Counted from the first letter of the stretch, positions 11,182 to 23,088 are shown. The stretch is DNA of 64,000 bases from Hyaloraphidium curvatum SAG 235-1 (GCA_025558095.1 JAIVFI010000027.1:544177-608176); one strand, 5' to 3'. The notes: generated from the letters alone by a model not told the origin. Translations and numbers: made by a program.

Positions 11182-12323
11182 ATGTGCCTCCGTGAAGGAA
11201 ACCGGGGCCCCGCAGACATGCACGGCGCTTCGGAGGGGTCCTGCTGCTGCGGGGACTGCGGCGCGTGCCGCTCGCTGGTGGTCGCCGAGGGCCGCGCTCG
11301 CCGGAAGGAGTTCACGCTGGTGCGCGCGCTGGGCGCCGGCGCGTCCGGCACCGTGCACGCCGCCGTGTGCAGGCGCACGGGCGCGGCCGTCGCCGTCAAG
11401 TCGTGCCGCAAAGCCGCGCCGGGGGTGTCGGCGGCCGGCTGCGACCGGGCGGCCCTCCGGCGCCGGCTGGCCGCCGTCGCCGCGCTCCGCCACCCCAACC
11501 TGCTCCGCGTGTACGATTTCTTCGAGACCAGCGGGACGTGCTACGCCGTCATGGAGCTCGCCGAGGGCGGCGACCTGGACGCGTACCTCTCGTCGGTGGG
11601 CAGGCTGCCGGAACGCGACATCCGCTCCGTGCTGCACGGACCGTGCTGCACGGAATCCTCTCGGGCCTGGCGCACCTCCACTCCCGCGGCATCGCCCACA
11701 GGGACGTGAAACCGGCCAACGTCCTGCTCCGAAGGAAGGACGATCCCTCGTCGGTGGTGCTGGCGGACTTTGACGGCTGCTTCGTTTCCAACCCCGGGGA
11801 GGACGCTCCCGGCATGAAGACCCTCGTCGGCACCCCGTACTTCCTGGCCCCCGAGCTGGTTTCCGGGAAGGGGTACGGCCCCGAGGTCGACGTCTACGCC
11901 GCAGGGTGCATCGCCTTCCTCCTGGCGTGCGGCCGCACCCCATTCGGAGACTCTTCCTCCTTTGGCGAGCTCTACTCCCGCATATCCAGCGGGGGCTGGC
12001 TGTTCCCCAGCAGCGCGCGCATCTCCCGCTCGCTCGAGGACCTCATATGCAGCATGCTCCGGACGGATCCCGCGGGGCGCCCTTCGGCCTCCGCGGCCCT
12101 CGCGCACCCCTTCGTCGCCCCCTGCGCCCGGCGCAGGTCGGCCAGCGGGGTCCGCGTGCGGTTCGACGAGATGACGGGGGAGCTGGTTCCCGAGGAGGGC
12201 GGGAGGCGCGGCACGGGGTGGGGGGAATCGGGGGCCGAGGCGGTGGAGCTGGCGTTGGGGGCAAGGGCGGCGATGCTCCGGGCGGGACGGGGGATCCACG
12301 TGGGGGAGGCGTCGTCAGTCTAG
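11182..12323 (+). pseudogene. CAMK-like Ser/Thr protein kinase split by a 14-bp tandem duplication
   Basis: LGAGASGTV, VAVK, HPNLL and MELAEGG lie in one frame; HRDVKPAN, DFD, GTPYFLAPE and DVYAAG lie in the next. CCGTGCTGCACGGA occurs at both 11627-11640 and 11641-11654. Confidence 0.85.
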
Positions 12324-12408
12324 TTCTGCACGGCAGCTGCCGTGCGATGCAATGCCAAATCGTACCCTGCAAAACTTTCGCCGGTCTCTTCATCCCGAGG
12401 GGATGGGC

Positions 12409-13501
12409 TCACATCCTGGCGGCCTGGACCGGAACCCTGCCCACCGCCGCCCTCGTCTGCCTCTCCACCAGCACGAGCGTCCCGTCCGGCGCCCACACCT
12501 CTGCCTCCATCCCGCCCACCGCGCCGCCTCGCGTGGCCCACGCGTGCTCCCTAAACCGCAGGTAGAGGTGCCGGCAGCCGGCGGGCACGGCGCCGTGGAA
12601 ATGCAGGGAGACGGAGGTGGTGGCGGTGAATAGGGCCGAGGCGGCGAGGAGGCGGCCCGAGTAGGAGGCCGGGCCGCGGTCGGATAGGTACGCTGCGTCC
12701 TGCGGGAGGGGGCGGGGATTGAAGGGTCAGGGGATGCGAGGTGGGGAGCAGGCGGGAGCGCACGATGGCGTCGAGGCCGCGGGAGGCGGAGATGGGCGGT
12801 TCTGTAGCCATGCGGGGTTCAGACCGATGCGCGGCGCAACGGTCGCTTTCGGTACCTGCGATCCACGGCGCCTCGTTCACCTCCTCCCACCTCTCCGCGC
12901 CGCACTCCCCCTTGACGATCTTTTCGGCCAGCCCGAGCGCCTCATCCGACATGGCCACGAAACCGTTGTAGTGCATCACCCCCGCCGCTACCCGCGGGAT
13001 CCCCTTGGCGTCCGCCAGGCGGTCGAGCCAGCCGCGCACGCCGGACCCGGGCCCCTTGGTGAGCGAAGGTGCGAGCTTCAGCGCGCTCTCGAGCGACAGG
13101 TCGCGGTCCAGCGCGAGGCCGCCGCGTGCCGGGGGCTCGCTCTGGCACAGGCCCTGGAACAGCGCCAACACCTTGCCCGTCCGCACCGACGCCATCGTCG
13201 CGCGCACGACGCACTGCTTTTTCGACCGGAACGCGACCTCCGCGGCGATCTCGCCCTCGTCGCCCGCCAGCGCCGCGCCCACGAGGTCCGCCTGCACCGC
13301 CACCGGATGCGCGAAGGCCGGCCCGGCGGCCGCCAGGATCGCGCGCAGACCCCACGCGACCGTCAGGCCGCCGTAGACCGGCTCGCCCGCGCGGCCGGTG
13401 CTCGCGAGCGCGGCGGGGAAGCGCGCGCGGAGGGCGGGACGGGCGCCGCCGGGGGAGGGCTCGAGCGCAAGGAGCGCGTCGAGCGTGGGTGCAAAGGCCA
13501 T
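12409..13501 (-). CDS. Acyl-CoA thioesterase-like (double hot-dog) protein, intron-containing
   Basis: VYGGL and HPVAVQADLVG near the N-terminus; a C-terminal exon with SVSLHFH and EAEVWAPDGTLV, typical of this family. Confidence 0.65.
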
Positions 13502-14304
13502 ACGTTTGTCGCAGGAGGGTCGTAAAGCGCGACAATGGAACGCGATGCGGTCGGGGGACACTGGAACCTTCTTCGTGGATCGAACCTTCGCCGGAAGTCT
13601 CGGCGAACAAAAGCCGCCCGCAGCGACAGGATGGGTGCCGGCGATCCCCGACAAAGTCCACCGCCAGGACAGGTTCCAATCATCTCTCAGTCTCAACGAG
13701 TCCTGTCCTCCCTCCGCTCCGCATCAGTACCCGTCCTCCCATATCGGCGCGCCGAACACACATCACCGCCCCATCCCCGCCCTCCTCTCCCTCTCCTCCT
13801 CCTCCCTCTCCCTCCTCGCCCCGTCCCTCGCCCGCATCCGCACCCAGCGTTTCCACCTCGCGTCGTTCCTCCGGAACGCCGGGCCGCGGCGGTGCAGCTT
13901 GGCGATCGTCTTCTTCAGCGGGCCGAGGATCGGCGAGCGGAGGGGGCGCGGGGCGTGCGGAAGACGAGGGGGGGTGCGGGGGCGGGAGGGGATGGGGCTG
14001 CTGGAAGGGTTGTCGGTGGTGGGGGATGCGACGAGGGGGTTGGCGGGCGTGGGAAGGTTGGTCAGAGGGCTTGGCGTGGTAGGCGGGATTGGCCGGGAGC
14101 TGCACGCCGCCGGCCCGGCCCAGGCGTCGTGCGAAACCGCCGCGGGACCCACTCCGTGCGCGCGCACACCGCGTTCTCCTTCCCAGCCCCCTCCACCTCA
14201 TTGTGCTTCCCGAAGTGACCGTACTGCTCGAGCAGGTCGCCGGTGGTGGGTTCCGCCCCCTGGGGGGTCCGCTCGCTGGCCGCCTTGGTCGCACCCAGCT
14301 TCCA

Positions 14305-14493
14305 CCAGCTCGAGTGCCCGGGCACGAAGCTGGCCGATTTCAGCTCCAGTTCGACCGCCCAGTCATCGGTCCGAGAGCAGGCTGTGCCGCAAAGCCCTCC
14401 CCAAGAGCAGGCCGTGACGCTCGACGGTCCAGAGAACACGTGCCCTTGCTCTCCCTCACCACGTACTCCACCGACTTGTCCACCGCCTCCTCC
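14305..14493 (-). repeat. Inverted dispersed copy of 7138-7335 (3' end of the GT61 gene plus downstream sequence)
   Basis: The reverse complement encodes EEAVDKSVEYVVRESKGTCSLDR versus EEAVDKAVEYVVRESKGTCSLDR, and similarity continues to CCCGGGCACTC. Confidence 0.9.
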
Positions 14494-14548
14494 ATTCCGC
14501 CCTCTCCGGCCTCCGCCCAAGCACTGTCCGGCTCCCAAACCCGGCAGA

Positions 14549-16050
14549 TCATCCCGGGCACACGCTCTCGATCGTGAACACAACCCCAACACCCCTCAGT
14601 ACGCTCCACAGCGCCACACCGAGGGTTATCAGCGTAACTCCCAGCGTCTTTGCCAGCCCCCACGTGATCGGCACCCCGACAAAGGTCGCCCGCAGCCCGC
14701 CGGCGTCCGAAAACGTAGCAAGCAGCGCCGCGTGCGCGCGAAGCTCATCCTCGGCCGCCAGACGGGCCGGAATGCGGGGGAGGGCAGCAGATTCGGCGAG
14801 CATCGCGCGCAGGGCGTACCGCGCCTCGGCATACAGCAGGGTGAGCGCGTCGATCTGGGTATTGACCGCCGGGAACACCACGAAGTCCGCGACGATGGCG
14901 TAGATGACCATCACGAACAGCATTACGGTCCACAGGCACACGCAGCCGCCGGTGGCGAGGTTGGCCAAGAGGCCTACCAGGCCGGCGGCGGGCATGGCCA
15001 GGCGGCGAGCGAGATGAAGGGGTTGGAGCCGAAAGCGAAGCGACGGTGGAGGATCCAACGGCGCTTGTAGGACAGGTGGAGGATGGCATACAGCTCGGGT
15101 GCGCCCACAGCAGGGCCAGAAGGGTCCGAGCTGGCGGGGATGGTGCCCGCGAGGAGGCGCCTCTGTGACCGCTGCAGAAAGTCGCGGAGGGCGCGCGAGC
15201 TGGCACGCAAGTAGATCCGTGTCGACAGAGAAGTCTCCGCTGGGCTGGGCCCCGCGCAGCGATAGAGCACCGAGCTCAGATTGTAGAGAACGCCGGCGAC
15301 CATCGCGACGGTGCCCACGAGGATGCCCCACCACGCTCCCCAGAACACGGGACCAAAGTGCACCACGGTGGTCCAAGTCATGGTGACGAAGAAGAAGGTG
15401 CCCAACATGTGCAAGGGCACAATGCGGAGAATGCGCTCCCAGAACATCCACGAAACAACACCGGAGCAGCACGAACGGCAAGGGCAGGCGGGGTCTCCGT
15501 CCACATGATCCAGCAAGGCCGAGCCGGCCTTGATTGCACGCGCCCAGTTGCGCGCGCCCGCCAGGTTTGCGGCCATCCCGTCGCCAGCGGTTCTTCTCCA
15601 CTTAGGAGGGGCGAAGGCGAGCAAGATTGCGATCTGAATAACCACTGTCACGACCCAGAAGACAGAGACGCCGCTGACCGAAGCCGCAATGTTGCGCTCG
15701 GGGAACGTTCCGTCATTGACCTTGAAGGCGAGCGCGGCAGCAGCGGTAATGGAAATGGAGGTCGCTAGGCTGAACATGGCGGCTGCCCGGAGGTCCGCGA
15801 GGTTCAAACGACCCGCTGTCCACGCCAACTGCACGAGCCCCGCCAGGTTTGGCGACAGCGGGGCCAGCGCCGCCACGACGGCATCGACGGAAGGCGGCGC
15901 TGTGTCGGGCTCGCTCGGTTCGCCCTTCTCGCCGGCGATGTCGTTGAGCCCGTGCGGGAACGCGGCGGGGCCGCTGGGCGCGCGCAGCGGGAAAAGCGCC
16001 GCTGTTTCGGCCTCCGTGAGGGACAATCGATTCGAGTTTGCTTCGTCCAT
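14549..16050 (-). pseudogene. Near full-length multi-TM family gene with a frameshift near 15000
   Basis: ORF 14974..16050 (NDGTF, GDPACPCRSC, WTTVVHFGPVFW) switches frame into the C-terminal part of ORF 14549..15601 (HAALLATF...ATFVGVPITWG...LWSVLRGVGV...CPG). Confidence 0.75.
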
Positions 16051-16254
16051 CGCGTTCCGTTTCCACGTCGACGGGAAGAGCGAGTGCGGCGGGGCTGGCC
16101 GTGTTCCCGCCCCTCTACGGTGGTCGGCTGCGGCTCCGCAGGGGCAGGATGTAGCTTAGTCGCGTTCCTTCCCAGGTCTAAAGGATCGTCAGTCCTCGGA
16201 CCGAATGCAGCAAGTGGCAAAGAGATCCAAGGGATTGGGCGGGATCCCGTCAAA

Positions 16255-17786
16255 ATGGCCCGCAACGCCGCCCTCTCCGAATGCATGGCTCGCCATTTTC
16301 CCGGCGCCGACGCCTCCGCTGCCGCCCGACGTGCCGGCGTGGCTCGCGTCGCCGGTGCAGTCGGCCGACGCGTCCGCCGCCCGCCATTCGGACCCGCTGT
16401 CTCCCCGGGCCATGCGGAACGCTTTGCGGGCGGCGCCGCCGCTCGACACGTTCATATTGATCGAGGGGCCGCTCCGCCGCGTGCTCTCGAGCGCGCTGCT
16501 GCGCGTGGTCGCGTTTGACCTGCCGCAGGTCGGCCTCATGGTGCTTTTTTGGTTGCTCAACGACGGGCGGTTCGGCACGCGCCAGCTGGCCGCAGCGACG
16601 GCACGATTGGGCCTGATCATGATCACTTGGACAGTTACGGTGACGAGGTGGCGCCTGTGGGTAGGGTTGGTAAGGACAGGAGGATCCCCGGAGCCCGAAC
16701 CACGGGGGAAGCCGGACAAGGCATTAGCGGAGCCCCAGGGGATGGATGGACACGTTTTTGCCGATGTTGCACGCTGGATTCAACTCCGCCAGGCATCTAG
16801 CGATGCCAAAGACTCGGAATCGGTCCGCGCTGTGCCTGGCCCTGGCGCTCTACTCGAGCACAGGGACGGAGACGACCTCTGCCCCTGTGCCCGGCGGTCC
16901 TGTGCCGGTGCGCTGCCGTCGCTCACCGGCATTTCCGTCGTGGTGCATTTGATTCTCGTGACGGTACTGCGGGCGGATCATTTTCCTCGTCTGGACGCCA
17001 GCGATCACGCTCGCCACCGAGACGTGGTCGCACACCTGGTCGGCCGTTTTGTGCGCCTTGTTCGTGGCCTCCGCCTTTGTCCACCTCCAGCTCAGCATTT
17101 TGATCGAGCCGGGTGTGTTTCAGAACGCCTTGGCCGTGATGCTGGAATTTCGCGGGCGGCACAGGGCCGCGGTTCTTTGTCTGGACGGCCTCCTGGCGCG
17201 GCTGTCCCGCGCGGCGGACGAAGGCTCCGCCGACGAGGACCCGGACCTCACCCGCCTGGAAGCCGAGCCGTACATCGCCCTCCACGGCGCCCTCCTGGCC
17301 GACTGGCGCGCCGTCGACGAGGGCTTCGACGCCGGCCGCGGCATTATGCTCACCGCCCTCATGGCCGAATGCATCGGCTTCGTCGCCAACGTCGCGGCCG
17401 GGTCGCGCATCCCCGCCGCCTACGTCGCCTCGCTGGTCGGAAACCTGTACATCCTCGTGGTCGCCGCCGCCGCCGTGGCCGCCAAGAACCTCCAGCCGGA
17501 CCGCGCCGCGGCGCGGTACCGCTCCGCCGCCGCCTCGCTGTCCCTCCTCGCCGCGCGCGTGCCGGCCTCCCGCACGAGGCTGCTCGCCGCCATCCGCGGG
17601 CACAGGGATCTCCTCCTCTCCTTCGCGGAGCTGGATCCGTACCGCGCGAGGATCTTTGGCGTGCCGGTGTCGTTCGGGTCCGTGAGGGGTGGGTTGGTAA
17701 CCGTGTTCACGGTGCTGGCGGGGTTGTGGACGGTGCTGCGGGCCACGGGGGTGGGGGTCACCGTCGACGTCGCGTGCCCAGGATGA
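16255..17786 (+). pseudogene. Multi-TM family gene with frameshift(s), one near 16975
   Basis: LNDGRFG, VARWIQL and HRDGDDLCPCARRSCAG in ORF 16205; the C-terminal half is in ORF 17049..17786 (YRARIFGVPVSFG...LWTVLRATGV...CPG). Confidence 0.72.
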
Positions 17787-18170
17787 CGTTGCCGTCCTTC
17801 ACGACCGCGGAGGCAAGGCCAAGGCGCCAGGAGTTCACCGAGGTGGTGGAACGCGAGTGAGTAGTCTAGGGTCCATCACAGTTCTGCACTGGAGAAACCC
17901 GCCTAATGACTAATGAATGGGTTGGGGAATCCAGGAATGGCGAGTCCCGTTCAACTGAAAAGAAGGGACGACGAAGGAGGCTCATATGAGCGCATCACGT
18001 GTAGTCGACGCGTGACCGACTCTTCGTCTCCGATGAGTGGATGAGTGACAGGCACAGCGAACTGTGACAGTGGAAGGGAGCCAAGGGACCGCCGATTGCA
18101 ATGGCCTACGTCAGCTGAGGGATCCTCTCACACCCGACCGCGACCGCTACGTCTTGTCGCGGAAAGCGAA

Positions 18171-19368
18171 CATGTCCTCCTTCAGCCGCTATCGCCCGCT
18201 GGGCGCGATGCTCGCGGCCTGCCTCGCGCTCATCTTGGTCGCTGTGGGGACGACCGCTGCCCCCACCGCTGCCCCCCGGCGGCGCGACCCCTCCGCCGCG
18301 GTCAACGTGACCGAAATCCTCCTCGCCATCGCCGCGTCTAAGCCCCCGTCTTCGCCCCGCACCGCGAGGCAGCGCGCCGTCGAACTAAGTCCGTTCGCCG
18401 AGCCGACAGACGGCGCCCTCCTGACGACAGATGCGCAGGTTACGAACTCAACCAAAACAACTTTGACAACATGGCCGCCCGCGCTAACCGGGACTTCGGC
18501 ACCGGGAGCCTCTCCTTCACCTTCGCCGCCTCCGACGGATCCTGCGGCACGGCCGAATTCCGCCGTGTCGCAGCCAACGACGAGGCGGCCGTGTACCGCT
18601 TCGACGATGCGCGCTGGCAGATGATCGTCTTCAAGGGCAGCGAGGACAGCGAGGATTGGGCTGATAACATTCTGGGCATCTTCAGGGCCGATTGCAACCT
18701 CGAAGGGCCGTGCGGCGGCGTGCACAGCGGGTGGCTCGACGAGCTGAAGGAGCGCTCGGCCATGCATGTGAACATGTTCATGGACTTCAGGACGCTCATA
18801 ACGGGATTCTCTCTCGGTAAGTATCCGTGGCGGTTTCCGTCGCTCTCGGCCGCTGATCTCTTCTACCTAACCCACCAGGTGGTGCAATCGCGACCCTGGA
18901 CGGCTACGTGCATGCCCGGTGGGGTGTTCCGGAGGTGCGCATTGTCACCTTCGGCGCGCCCCAGGTCGGCGACGACGACTGGGTAGCCGCCTTCGGCCGC
19001 GCCGGCGTCGCCTCGTACAACCGCTACGTCAACGTCCAGGGCGGGCGCGCCGACCCCGTCACCAACATGCCCGGCACTTTCGTGGGGTACCGTCACGTGG
19101 GCACCTACCGCGAAGTCGAGCAAGGTGCCTCCCACGACATGACGGCCTACGAGCGCGGCGTGGCCGGGAGGGACCCCAACTGCCGCTGGGGCGGGAGCGA
19201 CGACGACGGTTCCTCGAAGGGCAGCTCCGATGCGGCCATGTACGCAGGAGGTGGCTACCGATCGGGATGCCCTTCAGGTCCGCCGAGCTACTCGCGCGAG
19301 GCGGTCGATCGCACTCCGTACAGGACTTGCCAAGGTGGGTCGAGCCCGCCCGAACCACACAGGCTCTA
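18171..19368 (+). CDS. Secreted class-3 lipase, intron-containing
   Basis: Signal peptide; IVFKGS...DW; GVHSGW; nucleophile motif GFSLG|GAIA split by an intron (GTAAGT at about 18817 to CAG at about 18879); VTFGAPQVG; DPVTNMP. Confidence 0.85.
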
Positions 19369-19908
19369 ATCGAATATCCCGATCGGGACAGCTCCTAACA
19401 ACGGGCCATCCTACTCCGGCGGAAGCGGTTACATGTGTCTGCAGGACGAATCTGGTCGCGACTCGTGGGTCCCCGTACGGCGTACGGGGGCGGGGCAGAT
19501 CGGTTGCATGTCGACCAATTCCTGGGATTGGTGGGTTGCACCAATGCAACATGATGGTCACCAGCTCATTGCACCCGCAGCATCTGGGTGCCAAGGGCGT
19601 GTTGCGAGAGCCTGGCCGCCTCAGGAACGGACCGCTCCCCGTTCTTCGAGTGCGGCCCCCTGCACTTCACGATTTGGCAGACGAGCGGCTACATGGACCC
19701 GTAAGTGGATAACGAGGAACTAAGTTGCGTTGCTGATGCCCGGGCGCGCCCTGCAGGTCGCACTGGTGCTACAGGGGATGGCAGATCCTCAACCCGGGTC
19801 AGCAGGTGCCGTACCTGGGATGCTAAATAATATGGATCCGTCAAAACAGATTAAGACCTGGATCGGGGATGCATGGCAGTTGTGTCGCGTGACCGACGAT
19901 CACTGAGG

Positions 19909-21246
19909 CTACTCGTCGTTCTCCTCCTCTTCCCCTTCCTCCGACTCCGGGTCCTCCTCCCAGCACAACGCTTCCCACGTCGCCAGCGCGATCCTCTCCA
20001 CCAGCTCCTCCGGCATCCCCCGCAGGCTCCTCCGCTCGATCCACCTCGCCCAGCACCTAGCGTCCCTGACGTCGGCCGCGAACCCTTCATACTTCTCGCA
20101 CGCGCCGTGGCCGAGCACCGCCGCGCGGAGGAAAGGGTCCGCGGTGTCGGCGCCGTGGTGGAGCAGCAGGCGGACCACGCCCCGCAGGCCGGGGGCGGCC
20201 GCGATGTCCGAGGTGCCGGCGGCGAGGGCGACCGCGGAGGCGAGATGCGAGGCGGAGGGGGGATGCCCGAGGCGGGAGAGGACGAGGTGCAGGGAGCGGA
20301 AGATGCAGGGGCGTTGCACGGTGTCGGCGTCGTCGAGCTGGTCGGGCCAGAGGAGGAGCGCGTCGACGAGGGTGGGGCGGGGGTCGAGGTAGCCCCGGGA
20401 AAAGGAGGCGGAGAAGAAGAGGGGGCTCTTGAAGAGGCAGAGGGCCGCGGGGAGATGCTTGAGGGCGAAATCTCGCCGGCCTGGTGCGTCATCGGCCGCG
20501 GAGTCCACGATGGCGAAAAAGAGCTCGGCCGCGTTGGCAGGGTCGTAGCCCCCGTACTCGTCGAAGTTCGAGGTCAGCTCATCCATGAACTCCGACGCAG
20601 TGTCCGGCGCGGGGCCGAGTCCCATCTCTGCCGCCAAAGGGCGGCATCGAGCCGGGCAGGCAAGGAAGTGTGGGATCCGGCCGGGCAGCCCGAGGTCGAG
20701 CTGCACGGGTTGCGGGAATCCGGGGACCATGTGCAGCAGCCTGCCTACGAGGGGATATGTCCAGGGCATGTCCTCAAAAGTCCGCGCCGCCGGCCCTTCG
20801 TTGGCGTCGAACAGCATGTCGAGCAGCACGGACGGGTTGCGGCCGAGCAGCTCCACCAGCGCGCCCCGGTTCAAGTCGCTCTCCAGCAGCCAGCGCAGGC
20901 TGCGCTCCGATTGCCCGTGGAAGAACTGGGGGATCATCTCCTCCACGTCCTGGAAGGGGCCGAACTTTGCGCGGCTCCACTTCAGGAACTCGAGCGAGTC
21001 GTAGTAGGCCGCGAGCACCTCGGCCTTGCGGGTGTAGGCCCCGCTGCTCCGCTCCTTTCGTACCTCCTCCCGCGTGAGGAATCCGGGGGAGAGCGCGGCG
21101 AGGCGGTCCAGCCGCTCGGGCTCGTTGAGCACCGCGGCGGCGAGGACGGGGTCGTGCGGCGGCCGGAAGAGGATCTCGGCCGCGGCGTCGGACGCCATCA
21201 GCTTGCCCAGCCGTGCCAACGCGTGCTCCGGCGCGTCGGACGCCAT
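19909..21246 (-). CDS. Uncharacterised 'DPVLAAAxLNEPERL' family protein, intact copy, with an ankyrin-like VRLLLHHGAD motif
   Basis: 445-aa ORF with clear paralogs at 21800-22911, 36047-37850 and 48521-49140. Confidence 0.75.
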   Translation of the reverse strand: MASDAPEHALARLGKLMASDAAAEILFRPPHDPVLAAAVLNEPERLDRLAALSPGFLTREEVRKERSSGAYTRKAEVLAAYYDSLEFLKWSRAKFGPFQDVEEMIPQFFHGQSERSLRWLLESDLNRGALVELLGRNPSVLLDMLFDANEGPAARTFEDMPWTYPLVGRLLHMVPGFPQPVQLDLGLPGRIPHFLACPARCRPLAAEMGLGPAPDTASEFMDELTSNFDEYGGYDPANAAELFFAIVDSAADDAPGRRDFALKHLPAALCLFKSPLFFSASFSRGYLDPRPTLVDALLLWPDQLDDADTVQRPCIFRSLHLVLSRLGHPPSASHLASAVALAAGTSDIAAAPGLRGVVRLLLHHGADTADPFLRAAVLGHGACEKYEGFAADVRDARCWARWIERRSLRGMPEELVERIALATWEALCWEEDPESEEGEEEENDE

Positions 21247-21455
21247 GATGACGCGCTTAAGTGATTGGATGTGTGCTGTGTGTGTGGAGTTGCCTCCACC
21301 TGCTAACCCGAGCCCGACGAGGGTTCCCTCGGTTCACTCGCGCCGGGGAGACACGGAGGGAGGGCCCGGTTGCTAGGTAGCGACCGTGTAGGTCGAGGTG
21401 ATGGGGTCTGGCGTGATGCCAGCGGGGCGGAGTAGAGGTTGTCGCGCGCGCCGGC

Positions 21456-21800
21456 GCGCCCTTCCTGCATTCGGTGGCACGACAACCCCGTGGCGGCCGT
21501 CCTTTTCGACCACTACTTCCGCGACGCCATGGCCAACAACGAAACGATCAACCCTGCCCGGTGGCACGAGGAGCTATGGCAGACCTGCCTGGATCGGGCC
21601 CGCAAGATCTGGTAGCAGGAGGCGGATGCCAAGCTCGCCGCCGCCGCCGCCCCCGCCCCCAAGGCTACGGGGACGCCCAAACCCGAGACCCCCAAGAAGG
21701 AAGGCTGCTACCGCTGCGGCTCCGCCAGCCACTTTGTCAAGAAGTGCCCCGAACCCTGGCCTACCAAGCCCGGGCGCAGCACCTACTCCCCCTACCCCCC
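21456..21800 (+). mobile_element. Relic retroelement gag-like fragment with a CCHC zinc knuckle
   Basis: The plus frame reads KKEGCYRCGSASHFVKKCPEPW (CX2CX4HX4C at 21706-21747), with an in-frame stop upstream. Boundaries are approximate. Confidence 0.55.
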
Positions 21801-22911
21801 TCGCGGCGGAGGCGGCGGACGGGGCGAGCGGGGGTGGGACGGCGACCGGGATTGCCGGCCGCGATTTCGACGGCCGCGGCAACCTGGGCGGCCGACGGAG
21901 GGAGACCGATCCGGCCGAGCACCACGCGGAGCGAGCGGAAACGAAGTGCCCGATCCACCGCGTCGTCTTCATCCTCGTCCTCCGGCGGGATGGGAGCCAC
22001 GAGCAGGGCATCGACGAGGCCGGGGCGGGGATCCAGCAGGCCTTCCGCGAAGGCGACCTCGAAGAAGGTGGGGTGAATGAGCTTGCCGATGAGCTCGGGA
22101 AAGAGATTGGAGAACAAAGACCGCCTCGCTTGCGGATCCTCGGCGGCTGCGCGGATGACGGCCGGGAATAGCCTAGGTGCGTGGCCACGTTCCATGTGGT
22201 CGTAGTAGTCGAAATCATCCTTCAAGCGATCCACGAAAAGGGCCGCATTGTTCAGGGTGGGTCCCAATCCCATATCTACGGCTACCGATCGCAGCAGCTC
22301 GGAGCGGGTGAAAAAGTGCGGCGTCCAGTGCAGACCCAGGTCGGCGGGCCGGGGGAATCCGGGAATGCCGGCGAGCAGCTCCTTCACGGCTGGATAAACC
22401 CAAGGCATGGTGCGCAGGAGACTCCGCTCGCTGTAGTCCCCGAAAAGGGGACGGAGCGTCATACCCGCCCTCCCTGCCACCCCTCACATCTCCTGCGCCA
22501 GAAGAATGGCTCGGATCTCCGGAGCCTGCAGCATCCAGCGCACGACGCGCTCCGAACGATGGTTCAGCGTGTGGAAGACAGCAAGGACCACCGGATCATC
22601 GAAGGCCCCAAAGGTCGCGAAGCTCCACTCCAAGAACTCCTTGTCGACCTGGGCAACGAGCTCATCGGCCGCGAAAGCTTGCGTCCCGCTCAGCTTCCGC
22701 AGCTTCCGCACATCCGCGGGCTTGAACACGTCCGGCGCGATCCGCATCAGGCCTGCGAGCCTCTCGGGTTCGTTGAGCAGGGCCGCGGCCAGGACGGGGT
22801 CCTGCGGGTCCTTCGAAAGGACGACCATCGCCAGCGAATGCCCCTTCAACCTCTGCAGACGGGCCGCAGGGGCGTCTTTCCCCGGGAAGTCTCCGGCCTC
22901 CGCCGCCATCG
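21800..22911 (-). pseudogene. Second copy of the DPVLAAA family; frameshift near 22485, 3'-truncated
   Basis: DPQDPVLAAALLNEPERL in ORF 22484..23038; MPWVYP, MGLGPT and LDPRPGLVDALL in ORF 21761..22480. Confidence 0.78.
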
Positions 22912-23088
22912 CGGACCAGGAGGAGCCAAGTGGTCCGAGGTTGACCGATGAATCGGCGCGTCTCGCTTGCCGGAAGCCTCCACCAACCGTAACCCTCGAG
23001 GTGCCCAATGAGATGAGAACACGCGGATAAATCTGCAAGGCGAAGAGGCTTCATTTTCGTCCGCAGATACAGCTGCCGATCCCGCGCC

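Noticed and set aside
13763-14167. Small basic ORF on the minus strand
   Set aside because: It has no clear ATG start or motif; it may be an exon fragment but cannot be supported.
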